A DNA stretch of 63,542 nucleotides, the filler included, from Pseudobdellovibrionaceae bacterium (lineage in GTDB: Bacteria > Bdellovibrionota > Bdellovibrionia > Bdellovibrionales > UBA1609), in NCBI GenBank assembly GCA_030591685.1. It is 9 parts of 9 records of this genome, joined end to end, with 100 filler letters (N's around TTAATTAATTAA, not from the genome) between each part and the next. Parts side by side here need not be neighbours in the genome. Positions count along the whole stretch, not along the records: positions 1 to 3,009 come from JAUVAX010000088.1; positions 3,110 to 5,470 come from JAUVAX010000092.1; positions 5,571 to 13,001 come from JAUVAX010000074.1; 6 more parts are not named here. One strand, written 5' to 3'. Of this stretch, positions 1 through 9,209 are shown piece after piece; position 1 is the stretch's first letter, and the number at the start of each line of letters is the position of its first letter. A program made the translations under genes and the position numbers. The notes under the pieces were generated by a model, which worked only from the letters and a program-made list of their open reading frames with translations, was not told where the DNA came from and searched no databases.

Positions 1-684
1 AATGTAGCTAACCGAAACAATAAATCAGCCACATTTATGCCAAAGCCCCTCTACGGTGATAACGGTTCTGGTATGCATGTACACATGTCTTTATGGAAAG
101 ACGGAGAGCCTCTTTTTGCCGGCGACAACTATGCCGGACTTAGCGAAACTGCACTCTTTTTTATTGGTGGCATTTTAAAACACGCCCCCAGCCTTTGTGC
201 TTTTACTAACCCTTCAACTAACTCGTACAAAAGACTTGTGCCAGGGTTTGAAGCCCCTATTAAGCTAGCTTATTCTTATAAAAACCGCTCGGCGGCCATA
301 AGAATACCTAACTCAGGGCCCAACCCCAAAGCCAAAAGAATTGAGTTTAGAACTCCCGACCCGAGCGCCAATATGTACCTAGCATTTTCGGCTCTTTTAA
401 TGGCCGGTATTGATGGGGTTCAAAATAAAATTCACCCCGGCGACCCCCTAGAGAAAGACATTTACGGGCTCTCCCCTGAAGAAGCGGCTCAAGTCCCCTC
501 TATACCGAGTACTTTAAACGAAACCCTTATAAATCTAGCTCGCAGCAATGAGTACTTAAGAAAGGGAGACGTCTTTAGTAAAGACCTTATCGATACTTGG
601 ATTGATTGGAAGATGAACAACGAAATCCTGCCCCTTCAGCAACACCCAACGCCTTATGAGTTTTATCTCTACTACGACCTTTAA
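1..684 (+). CDS. glnA: Glutamine synthetase type I, 3' part (5' end outside window)
   Basis: [47 protein letters not shown] motifs; adenylylation loop EKDIYGL; frame open from base 1. Confidence 0.97.
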   Translation, partial: NVANRNNKSATFMPKPLYGDNGSGMHVHMSLWKDGEPLFAGDNYAGLSETALFFIGGILKHAPSLCAFTNPSTNSYKRLVPGFEAPIKLAYSYKNRSAAIRIPNSGPNPKAKRIEFRTPDPSANMYLAFSALLMAGIDGVQNKIHPGDPLEKDIYGLSPEEAAQVPSIPSTLNETLINLARSNEYLRKGDVFSKDLIDTWIDWKMNNEILPLQQHPTPYEFYLYYDL

Positions 685-687
685 ATG

Positions 688-754
688 ATTAAATGGGCCC
701 AATGACCCATTTAATTTTCACAGGGCGCCCCTGAGGGATGCCCTGTGAAAAAAA
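688..754 (+). terminator. Two hairpins after glnA (probable terminator/processing structure)
   Basis: ATTAAATGGG..CCCATTTAAT (688-715) and TTTTCACAGGGC..GCCCTGTGAAAA (715-751). Confidence 0.55.
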
Positions 755-888
755 TAAGCCCACAAAAGAAGGTCTTTAGATAGCGTAGCGTTAAACTACC
801 CCTTATTTAAAAGATCCGCTTGATCTGAGCTGAAATATTTTAAATCATACATAATAAAACTAGCCATTAAAACTTGAGGGCAAAAAAA

Positions 889-1245
889 ATGATTAAATAC
901 TTAAACTACCAGTGGGTTGAAACGGACGAAGACTCCGACGCCTTAACCATAGGCTTAACCGAAGATGGCATTGATCAAATCGAAGACATTAAACAGGTCT
1001 TAATGCCTGAGCTAGAAGAGATCGTATCGGCCAACTCTATATGTATGGAGATTCGCACAAGCACTGAGTCCTTTAACATATACTCACCTGTGGATGGGCA
1101 AATCTCTGAAGTAAACGTGGCCGTGTCTGAGGAACCAAACCTCATCCAACAAGATAACTACGGCGATGGCTGGCTCATCAAAATCGAACCTGACGAGCCC
1201 GTTGATACCGAAGAACTTGAAAGCATCAGCCAAGAAGAGCTTTAA
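889..1245 (+). CDS. Glycine cleavage H-protein-like protein lacking the canonical lipoyl-Lys
   Basis: YQWV, TIGLT, IYSPVDGQISEVN, PNLIQQDNYGDGWLIKI match GcvH; ESVKA is replaced by RTSTE. Confidence 0.8.
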   Translation: MIKYLNYQWVETDEDSDALTIGLTEDGIDQIEDIKQVLMPELEEIVSANSICMEIRTSTESFNIYSPVDGQISEVNVAVSEEPNLIQQDNYGDGWLIKIEPDEPVDTEELESISQEEL

Positions 1246-1253
1246 AAAAACTC

Positions 1254-2342
1254 TTACTGACAGCTTGCCCACTGGTTTAACAAGGGCTGTATAGATTCAA
1301 CAATCTTATACCCCTCAGGGTCGCCCCCCATACCAGCTTTAATAGATAAAATCCCGTAAAGACCCTTTGGGTAATCGATAAAGGGGTAGGCTCCGTACGC
1401 CCCAGGGCTTGAAATCCTAGTGACTCCAGCGCAATTATATTCTAAAGGCACCTCAACATTACACTCTAACCAAAACCCATACCCATAACGCCAATCCTGT
1501 CCTATTATTTTTTTAATTGGAGACACTCCAATGCCTTTTGTTATTTTCACTAACTCACTCTCTGCTGATAAAAGGTGCGATGAAGAAAACAGTTTGCCTT
1601 CGTAGTATTTTTTTAAAAAATCAAAGTAGTCATTGCCTGTCCAAACCATACCACCTGCGAGCAAAGGACTTTCTATAGAGGGTATACTGTATACTGAATT
1701 ATTAAACGTACCTGTTTCGGCTTTAAAGCGATTAAATACATCTGCCCAGCGGCTCTCACCAAGAGCGTTCATTGCCATTAAACCCGCTACCTGCTGACTT
1801 GTGTTTGAATAACTTTGATAGGTCCCCGCCACTACGCCTGTAAATTTGTTCCAGTTATATATTTTCTTTACACAATCCTTAAAGCTTACGCTTTTATTGT
1901 AGATACATAAATTTTCTGCATTTAAACCGGCTGTAAAGTTTAATATGTGTCTCAGCTCTACATCATCTAATTTACTTCTTCGATATCTATATCTGTGCCA
2001 AAAGCTAATAGAGTCTATAGGTTTATCACTTAAAGAGAGATGCCCCTGATCAATAAGCCTAAGTATTACCGCCCCTGTTACCATTTTAGCTGTAGATGCC
2101 GACTCATAGGCCGTATCAGCCGTAGAATCACCAACACTCACAACTAATTTACTGCCGTGAGTATTACCCACAAGTAACGTAAAAGGATGCCATGTACTGA
2201 TATCATACCATTTTCGGTAATCATTTAAAGCCTCTATTATATTGCTCTCAATGGCTAATTTTTCATTAGCGTCACATGTGCCCTCTGAATATCCACTTAG
2301 TGGCAAAAGTCCTGTCATTAATAATAGAAGTAGCCATTTCAT
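1254..2342 (-). CDS. Secreted serine hydrolase, beta-lactamase/AmpC-like family
   Basis: Signal peptide; SxxK (ASTAK), HILNFTAG (LLTHTSG-like), YSN, YGYGFW, SSPGAYG. Confidence 0.85.
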   Translation of the reverse strand: MKWLLLLLMTGLLPLSGYSEGTCDANEKLAIESNIIEALNDYRKWYDISTWHPFTLLVGNTHGSKLVVSVGDSTADTAYESASTAKMVTGAVILRLIDQGHLSLSDKPIDSISFWHRYRYRRSKLDDVELRHILNFTAGLNAENLCIYNKSVSFKDCVKKIYNWNKFTGVVAGTYQSYSNTSQQVAGLMAMNALGESRWADVFNRFKAETGTFNNSVYSIPSIESPLLAGGMVWTGNDYFDFLKKYYEGKLFSSSHLLSAESELVKITKGIGVSPIKKIIGQDWRYGYGFWLECNVEVPLEYNCAGVTRISSPGAYGAYPFIDYPKGLYGILSIKAGMGGDPEGYKIVESIQPLLNQWASCQ

Positions 2343-2612
2343 ACGTTCCCCCTGATTTTTAATTAATACAAACTAATCCTCACTCTCAATAACAGCATAG
2401 CATGCACCTATGGGACTCGTTTAAAAAATGGACCTGATTGATACACCTTAACCAGAACTTAAATTCAACTGACAATAAGATATACAGTTGAAAAAATAGT
2501 TTTGTTTACTTCTCTTTAGATTTCTTATGGGGGCCTGTAAGCTCACCTTTTAGAGGTGTTGTTATGAAGATATGAATTTAAAGAACTTGAAAGCCACTTT
2601 TAGATTAACATT

Positions 2613-2649
2613 AAAAAAAGGGCCCGCGTGTTTTAACACGCGGGCCCTT
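2613..2649 (-). terminator. Rho-independent terminator
   Basis: AAGGGCCCGCGTGTT-TT-AACACGCGGGCCCTT perfect stem with A7 on plus strand (U tract on minus), downstream of the 2677 gene. Confidence 0.85.
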
Positions 2650-2676
2650 AGTTTAAATATTACTTTAAATAACTTA

Positions 2677-3009
2677 TTACTTCATTAGGTACTTAACTGT
2701 TCCAGAAGCTTTTTTGTCATTAGTATCTGGGTCTTCAGAAAACTCTAAGCCAAACTGCAACCTTTTATGCTGCTTTGGTCGAAGTGTGAAATAAACCGTA
2801 TTTTGCTTTTGGTCATCACTCATTCCGCGGATAGACTTTTCTTCTCTCTCAAAGCCAACTGTCATGCTGTGGCCTGATTTTGAACTCCAAGACTTGCTTA
2901 CACCCATCTGAGTAATCTCTTCATCATTAGTCGTTGAAAGGTCTAACTCTTCATAAGAGTAGTTTAACTTCATACCGTCAACAAGGCTCTTAGCTTTAGA
3001 GTTTTGAAG
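2677..3009 (-). CDS. Hypothetical protein, C-terminal fragment (possible beta-barrel outer-membrane protein)
   Basis: ORF truncated at contig end; alternating beta-strand pattern; followed by a terminator. Confidence 0.5.
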   Translation of the reverse strand, partial: LQNSKAKSLVDGMKLNYSYEELDLSTTNDEEITQMGVSKSWSSKSGHSMTVGFEREEKSIRGMSDDQKQNTVYFTLRPKQHKRLQFGLEFSEDPDTNDKKASGTVKYLMK

Positions 3010-3109
3010 NNNNNNNNNNNNNNNNNNNNNNNNNNNNNNNNNNNNNNNNNNNNTTAATTAATTAANNNNNNNNNNNNNNNNNNNNNNNNNNNNNNNNNNN
3101 NNNNNNNNN
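3010..3109. other. Artificial contig linker N44-TTAATTAATTAA-N44 (also 5471-5570, 13002-13101, 22402-22501, 29862-29961, 50590-50689, 59893-59992, 61934-62033)
   Basis: Identical 100-nt spacer with stops in all six frames, eight copies. Confidence 0.99.
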
Positions 3110-3231
3110 CTGGGGAAATTGCACATTCATCAATTAAAAATAAGTACATCAATAAATCAGTTCGGTTTCTATTTCCTAGAGGCGCAGCAAATCCCGTTAA
3201 GTATGTAAATTGCTAGTGATGGGCCATATAC

Positions 3232-3312
3232 AGCTAACAAAAACATCAAGTCGTTCGCTGCCGCTCACTGGGACGCGCAAAAAGCGGCGCGCCCCTTATG
3301 TAAGCGTTATAT
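3232..3312 (+). mobile_element. attC: Integron attC recombination site 1
   Basis: R'' ..CTAAC, L'' ACAT(C)AAG pairs with L' CTTATGT leaving one extra-helical base, GC-rich internal stem, R' GTTATAT. Confidence 0.9.
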
Positions 3313-3398
3313 TTTTTCAACTGTAAATTAGGTAGTAGGTTCAGGCCCAACCCTAAATAAACCAGATTTAATCAATCGTAATTTAAAAGTGAGTTTTT

Positions 3399-4436
3399 AT
3401 GAGGTTTTTAGTCGTTATATTGCTGGTATTTGTTTCAATGAATACATTAGCTGAATCATGGGAGCTTTGGGTATCTCAAGACAAGTCCAAAGGCTTAATA
3501 TTTCTAAGTGGTGGTGGTTTCACTGTTAACGTTGTTAGTAAGGAGGTGACAATAACAAACCCCTTCCATAACTCTAAAAAGTGTGACTCATCTCATGTCA
3601 AAGACTATGGGGTAGCTAGTTTTAATGGCACTGATATCAAGCTGGGTTTTACGTGCAATAAGTATAACTGGCTTTCACACCACATAGAGACAGAGAAAGG
3701 GATGGCCTTTGTTTATGACCTTCTGTTAAATAACAATTCATTTAAATTTAAATTCTCATCGCCAACTAGAAGTTATGCTGAAAAGACATTTACTTTCCCC
3801 CTGTCGGGTGCGGAATTAATCAAGTCCCCATTTAAGCCAAAAAATATCACTCAGAATACAGCGGGTGCCTGGTATGGTATTAAAGAGAAATTAGGGACTC
3901 TCGTATTGGTCGAAGAAGTTAAAAGGGGCTCTCGTGGCTTATTGAAAATGTCATTTAATGAGATGGATAGTGAGTTTACTGTAGAGGCCGATTTATCAAC
4001 GGTTGATTGGACGGCCGATTCTGGTTATCAGGCAAGTTACCAACGATGTGATTACCTTGGTTTTTCTTCAACTGAAGGGATTGTTAGCATTAACGGGCGT
4101 GCCGTGAAAATTCCCTTAGAATGTAAATATGTCAGTCATCAAACCAGTTTTACTGGAAGTGATGGAGAGGATGTTTATGCGGTTCCGGCGATTGGCTATC
4201 TCAAGTCCCAAGAAGTGAAGATACCTCTCTCTTTAGCAGCGGATCTTTTTACTGCAAAAACATTTAAGTTGTCTCTGAATATTGAAGGGGTTCCCGTGGG
4301 TGAAGTTAAAACGATTACTCTAAAAAGATCGGCGGAAGAGACGCTATTAGCGATAGCTAAAAAGGCTGAGAGCAAAAAAAATAATAAAAACAAAACGATG
4401 AGTGATATAAAAAATAAGGCAGGCAAGGCGCTCTGA
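3399..4436 (+). CDS. Secreted hypothetical protein in integron cassette
   Basis: 345-aa ORF with signal peptide, lying between attC1 and attC2. Confidence 0.8.
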   Translation: MRFLVVILLVFVSMNTLAESWELWVSQDKSKGLIFLSGGGFTVNVVSKEVTITNPFHNSKKCDSSHVKDYGVASFNGTDIKLGFTCNKYNWLSHHIETEKGMAFVYDLLLNNNSFKFKFSSPTRSYAEKTFTFPLSGAELIKSPFKPKNITQNTAGAWYGIKEKLGTLVLVEEVKRGSRGLLKMSFNEMDSEFTVEADLSTVDWTADSGYQASYQRCDYLGFSSTEGIVSINGRAVKIPLECKYVSHQTSFTGSDGEDVYAVPAIGYLKSQEVKIPLSLAADLFTAKTFKLSLNIEGVPVGEVKTITLKRSAEETLLAIAKKAESKKNNKNKTMSDIKNKAGKAL

Positions 4437-4468
4437 TTAAGGCTACTAGCGAAGGAGGGGCGGGGCTT

Positions 4469-5065
4469 GTGAAAGAATATACTATTCGGCTTGAATCTAG
4501 AACTGCACGGGACTGCTTTAAAATTGCGGTATTTAGTCTAGAGCTAGCGGAGCGTACATCAGACTCATGGGAAATAGATCATCACGTTGCCACTGGAATA
4601 ACTTTTACAGCGTTTTCAATTGAGGCAATGCTGAATCATTTTGGCGGTATATATTACGAAGATTGGAATGATATTAAAGGCGGGCGTAAAGATACACATA
4701 AAAAATTATTTAAAGCTGTAAATCTTCCTAGTTATATGGGTTGTTCTACTTATCAAATAGCCACTTCTTGTTTTGTTATGCGAGATAATTTGGCTCATGG
4801 TAAGACCATTCAAGAAACCATATCACTCGAACTTCCAAGTAAAATTAGCTTCGATAATGCAGCCACTGAAATTATTGCAATTAAATCAGCCTCTTTTAGA
4901 GAGCTAAATATTGATATCTTAAAAAAGTTTATTGACGCAGCAAAAAATATAGAAAGAGATATTGAAGAGAATGGTTTTTATCCCCAACCAGAAGGAACCC
5001 CAGAGAACAAAAAATCTAAACTACAGGAATGCCCTCTAAGTACTTCTGGTGTCAGAGTGTGGTAA
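4469..5065 (+). CDS. HEPN-like domain protein in integron cassette
   Basis: AFSIEAMLNH helix and RxxxxH motif RDNLAH; stop codon abuts R'' of attC2. Confidence 0.7.
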   Translation: MKEYTIRLESRTARDCFKIAVFSLELAERTSDSWEIDHHVATGITFTAFSIEAMLNHFGGIYYEDWNDIKGGRKDTHKKLFKAVNLPSYMGCSTYQIATSCFVMRDNLAHGKTIQETISLELPSKISFDNAATEIIAIKSASFRELNIDILKKFIDAAKNIERDIEENGFYPQPEGTPENKKSKLQECPLSTSGVRVW

Positions 5066-5168
5066 ATATAACAAGTCAAAGCACTCGGATTTGGTAAAGC
5101 CGTCGATTTTTTGAAAAAACACTCAAAAAAACGCCAACTTCACCAAACCGGTGTTTGAGGCGTTATAT
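5066..5168 (+). mobile_element. attC: Integron attC recombination site 2
   Basis: R'' ATATAAC and R' GTTATAT complementary; L'' TCAAA(G)CAC vs L' GTGTTTGA with an extra-helical base; CGGATTTGGTAAAG/CTTCACCAAACCG stem. Confidence 0.92.
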
Positions 5169-5468
5169 TTTTTTAGTGAGTGCGGATATAAGCCCGAGAT
5201 GATCGACAAATGGAATGAAATCTTTATCAGAAAATAATAGGGGTAGTTCATGTTCAATGCAAAATGTCGCTATTATGACGTCGGTAGTTTTACGAATAGT
5301 TAAGCCTTTCTTTCGAAGTTCTCTGTAATTTTCTACTGCTTTTAATGCTTGTGTATGGCCAAGCATTTCATATTGCTCAAGTGTGCTCAAAGTGGACTTT
5401 GCTACGTTATAGTCCTTGTCATTCTTAAAGCCTTGTAATATTTCAAGGAATATTAGGTCGCCAATTGC
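5163..5468 (-). CDS. vapC: VapC-type PIN-domain toxin, 5'-truncated, inverted in cassette
   Basis: Frame extends to contig end: AIGDLIFLEILQGFK...YRELRKKGLTIRKTTDVIIATFCIEHELPLLFSDKDF, a typical PIN VapC C-terminal half. Confidence 0.9.
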   Translation of the reverse strand, partial: AIGDLIFLEILQGFKNDKDYNVAKSTLSTLEQYEMLGHTQALKAVENYRELRKKGLTIRKTTDVIIATFCIEHELPLLFSDKDFIPFVDHLGLISALTKKI

Positions 5469-5570
5469 AANNNNNNNNNNNNNNNNNNNNNNNNNNNNNN
5501 NNNNNNNNNNNNNNTTAATTAATTAANNNNNNNNNNNNNNNNNNNNNNNNNNNNNNNNNNNNNNNNNNNN

Positions 5571-5615
5571 AACATCAACATCAACATCAACATCAACATC
5601 AACATCAACATCAAC
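5571..5615. repeat. (AACATC)n hexamer tandem repeat, 7.5 visible copies, at contig edge
   Basis: Direct reading. Confidence 0.95.
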
Positions 5616-5620
5616 AAACC

Positions 5621-7126
5621 TTAATCCGTAGTCTCTACCCCGTAAACCCTTACGTAATATGAAATCCCCACCTGAGACCGGGAAATAGACTTAATAATAT
5701 TGCCCCCCAAAAAGAGCTGCTCTAGTCGTGTAAACTTTAAAAATGAGTGATCCTCAATAGCATGTATTTGGTTATTACCTAGGTAAAGCCTCTCTACAGA
5801 GAGGAGACCATAAAGCATAAATGGGGTGATGGTATTTAGTTTGTTACCCGTAAGGTCCAACCACTTAAGCGCGCGAAGGGCCTCAAAACTTTTGTCTTCA
5901 ATGAATGAAATACTATTGTCATCTAGGCTGAGTTCTTTTAAAGAACTTAAATCAGAAAATGTATGTTTTTGTATAAAATTAATTTTATTTTTATATAAAA
6001 ATAAACCCTCTAAAGAGCCCAAACCCTCAAAGCTTTCATAGTGTAACGAGCGTATTAAATTATCGCCTAAGCCCAATGTTTTAAGCCTCCCCAATTGGCT
6101 AAACAAAGACCCTGAAATAAACCGAATTTGGTTACGACCCAAGAAAAGCCTCTCAAGAAGACTTAAACCTTCAAAAGTTTCATCTAAAACTAAATGAATT
6201 TTATTTCCGTTAAGGTTGAGAGTTTTTAACGAGCCTAAACCATAAAAAGCATTTTTATCAACGGAGTTTATGGAGTTCTCTTTAAGACTCAAAGAGTGAA
6301 GCTCTGTAAGGTTTTGAAAACAGCGATATTCAAGAGAACTTATTTTGTTACTTTTTAAATCCAAGACTTCAAGTCCATCGAGCCCATTAAATGTTTTTGT
6401 AGAAAGGCTCGAAATTAGATTTTTAAAAATATAAAGCCTTTTAAGAGAATGAAGACCCCCAAAAGCATGTTCATTTATTGTGTCAATTTTGTTATTAGAC
6501 ACATAAAGTGTCTCTAGCGACGCGAGCCCCTCAAAAAGACCCCTGCTGAGAGAAGATATTAGGTTTTTATTAAGATAAAGACGCTTTACGCCCAAGAGGT
6601 TTAGAAATGAGTCATCTTCAATGAGGCTGATTTTATTTTTACTTAAATTAAGTTCTCTAAGAGAGGTTAAACCTTCAAAACTATTAATTTTAATTTTTTT
6701 AATACTATTTTTTTTAAGATCAAGAATTTCTAATGATCTCAAGGGCCTGAATATATTGACAGAGAGGGCTTCAATTTGATTGTTTCTTAAACTTAAAACT
6801 ATTAACGACGAGAGCCCCTGAAAACTACCCGGGCGTATACTTACTAATTGATTATTACTCAGGTTAAGCGTCTGGAGTGAATCTAAGCCCTTAAATATAC
6901 CACTGGGCAGTGAGGCCAGCCCCAAGCCCCTTAAATCTAGACTTTGAAGTAACCCCATTTTTTCGGCCGAAACCCTTGAGCAGCTTTTAGCCAAAGTCAG
7001 CGCTGCTATTTTTTTACCTATAGCGCCTCTGTCACATATATTAATAGCGCTCTCTGCTTTTAAAGAGCTTGAACTTAAAAGCACTAAAATTAAACTTATA
7101 AAATGAAGGCGACGGTGTTTGCGCAA
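5621..7126 (-). CDS. Secreted leucine-rich repeat protein (~17-18 x 24-aa typical-class LRRs)
   Basis: Signal peptide, Cys N-cap (ICDRG..SCSRV), LxxLxLxxNxIxxIxxxxFxGL repeats. Confidence 0.93.
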   Translation of the reverse strand: MRKHRRLHFISLILVLLSSSSLKAESAINICDRGAIGKKIAALTLAKSCSRVSAEKMGLLQSLDLRGLGLASLPSGIFKGLDSLQTLNLSNNQLVSIRPGSFQGLSSLIVLSLRNNQIEALSVNIFRPLRSLEILDLKKNSIKKIKINSFEGLTSLRELNLSKNKISLIEDDSFLNLLGVKRLYLNKNLISSLSRGLFEGLASLETLYVSNNKIDTINEHAFGGLHSLKRLYIFKNLISSLSTKTFNGLDGLEVLDLKSNKISSLEYRCFQNLTELHSLSLKENSINSVDKNAFYGLGSLKTLNLNGNKIHLVLDETFEGLSLLERLFLGRNQIRFISGSLFSQLGRLKTLGLGDNLIRSLHYESFEGLGSLEGLFLYKNKINFIQKHTFSDLSSLKELSLDDNSISFIEDKSFEALRALKWLDLTGNKLNTITPFMLYGLLSVERLYLGNNQIHAIEDHSFLKFTRLEQLFLGGNIIKSISRSQVGISYYVRVYGVETTD

Positions 7127-7233
7127 AGGCTACAGCTCCTTTTTATACAAAATATAAAAAAAACCTATTAGCCGTCAATAGCCATGGAGCCCATTTAGTT
7201 AGTTTTTGTCGATTGAAAAGAGAGGACAGCTAA

Positions 7234-7749
7234 TTAAGCAGAAGCCTTTAGGCCCGACCGATTAACTTGTTTGAGCCAGGATTTTTCGTCCGAGAGATCA
7301 AAACCAATGCTCTCACCACCATCTAAAACAGAATGAAATAGTTTTTTTAGAACTTCTATATCCTCTGGGGGGGCCTGGCTAGTCAATGAGTCCTCAAGGG
7401 CCTCAATCACGCCTAATAGATCAGGAGTGGTAACGACTGTCGGCAACTTATCCATATCGAGCCCATCTAAAATTGCGGGCCGAAAGCCCACTAAAGACTC
7501 TGTTAATAATAGTTTATAACCCGTATTGAGGTTGATTTGAACAAATGACTTTCCGTCAGAGTCTTCTCTTGTCAAAACTCCGTCGATTTCATTGACCTTT
7601 AAATTTAATGTTTTTGAATCTACTAATTGACACAGCTTCAAATGCTCGTCAAACCGCTCTACCTTTAACCCTCGAATGCTCTCAACATAGGAAACTATTG
7701 TTTCTACACTTAGTTCGGATGGATCTTGCTTTTGACTGTCGGCTTCCAT
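7234..7749 (-). CDS. Hypothetical protein
   Basis: ORF with GGGAG RBS before ATG 7749. Confidence 0.7.
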   Translation of the reverse strand: MEADSQKQDPSELSVETIVSYVESIRGLKVERFDEHLKLCQLVDSKTLNLKVNEIDGVLTREDSDGKSFVQINLNTGYKLLLTESLVGFRPAILDGLDMDKLPTVVTTPDLLGVIEALEDSLTSQAPPEDIEVLKKLFHSVLDGGESIGFDLSDEKSWLKQVNRSGLKASA

Positions 7750-8006
7750 TTTAAAAAACACTCCCTTAACTAATGACTTGTGTTTACATACTAGGTATCG
7801 CAAAAATCAAAGGGGAACTTTAATTTTCTCAATGATTTTAGATAATTGTCTTGCTCTATTTTGAGTCAAATGGTGATTTTGAATAAAACTTGTTCGCTTT
7901 TACTAAAATTTTGACTTATAACAATACAAAATTAGGAAATATAAAAAAACCTGACAGACACCTAAAATCCGAATATGGTAAGGCCCCACATACTAAGAGG
8001 TTTATA

Positions 8007-8312
8007 ATGATAATTACAAGATGGCAGGCCCCATTAATACCTGACAAAGAGCAAATTAAAAACCTCTTTAGCGCCGAAGGGCTTGAGCCCTTCGAGGAGC
8101 TCACCTTATCTGAGGCCGAGATCCCAGAGCACAGACACCCCTTTGATGAGGTTCGTATGGTGGCCTCAGGGGAGTTGTTACTTAATATCTCCGGCAACCA
8201 ATTACTACTTAGGTCGGGGGACCGAATTATAATACCAGCAAACACGAAGCACTCTCATAAATCTATGGCCAATGCAGAGTGCCTGTGTATTTGCGCAAAT
8301 AAAATAAAATAA
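8007..8312 (+). CDS. Cupin domain protein
   Basis: HRHPFDE...GDRIIIPANTKHS cupin motifs; RBS AAGAGG before ATG 8007. Confidence 0.88.
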   Translation: MIITRWQAPLIPDKEQIKNLFSAEGLEPFEELTLSEAEIPEHRHPFDEVRMVASGELLLNISGNQLLLRSGDRIIIPANTKHSHKSMANAECLCICANKIK

Positions 8313-8460
8313 GCCCTTCTCGGCACCTGCTTTTAGCTTAAATATTAACCATATTAACCTTTACTAAAGCCCTATTTTTATTCAATATAATAAAGCTGGG
8401 ACTAGCCAAATTAAAAACCTATTGATAGTATTAACAATACAATAACAACTGAGGGGCTAT

Positions 8461-8880
8461 ATGTTTCCACCAGAAACAAAAGTACTAATTGTAGATGATT
8501 TAAAAACGATTAGAAACATATTATCTGACATTCTAAAAAAAGCAGGCCTCACTATTATTGATCAATGTGGAGACGGCAAAGAAGCCCTTAAAATGCTTGA
8601 AAGCGCTGTTGCTGATGATGACCCCTATGGCCTCATCGTCTGCGATTGGAACATGCCAGAGCTTACAGGAATTGAACTTTTAACAAAAAAAAATGACAGT
8701 CCTCACCTTAAAGACATCCCCTTTTTAATGGTCACCATCGAAAGCGAACGTGAATACGTACTTAAAGCCATTGCCATGGGTGTTGATGATTTTGTCGTTA
8801 AGCCGTTTAATGAGCAAACTGTTATCAAAAAGCTCACTAATGTTTGGAACCGAGTTCAGGCCGCCAATAACAACTCCTAG
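8461..8880 (+). CDS. CheY-like single-domain response regulator
   Basis: LIVDD, DWNMP, MVT, FVVKPF. Confidence 0.92.
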   Translation: MFPPETKVLIVDDLKTIRNILSDILKKAGLTIIDQCGDGKEALKMLESAVADDDPYGLIVCDWNMPELTGIELLTKKNDSPHLKDIPFLMVTIESEREYVLKAIAMGVDDFVVKPFNEQTVIKKLTNVWNRVQAANNNS

Positions 8881-9209
8881 TTGATCGCCCTAAAACCCTA
8901 TTTAAATACGAACTTGAGTACAACGTTAAGTCCCTCGGGTCCACGAGGTTCAATCTCGACCGCTCTTTTCTATGAAGCCTTTGCAAGAACGCTTTTGCAG
9001 GGCCATTAAGTTTGGTGTCTTAACTATTGATTCAGTTCTTGAAAAAGACTGACAAAGCCTAAAATTAACCCTAAAAAACAACTCATTTTTATTATATCAA
9101 GCCAAGCATTGATGAGCTTTTATGCTAAGCCTCGATGGCCATCATTAAAGCTATATAAAACAATCACTATGGTTTGCGATTTTTTAAAACTGGGTCGAAT
9201 TAAGCATTG

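Noticed and set aside
3010..3109. TTAATTAATTAA palindrome recurring eight times within N runs
   Set aside because: Artificial contig linker with stops in six frames; adjacency across linkers and ORFs ending in X..LIN are not biological
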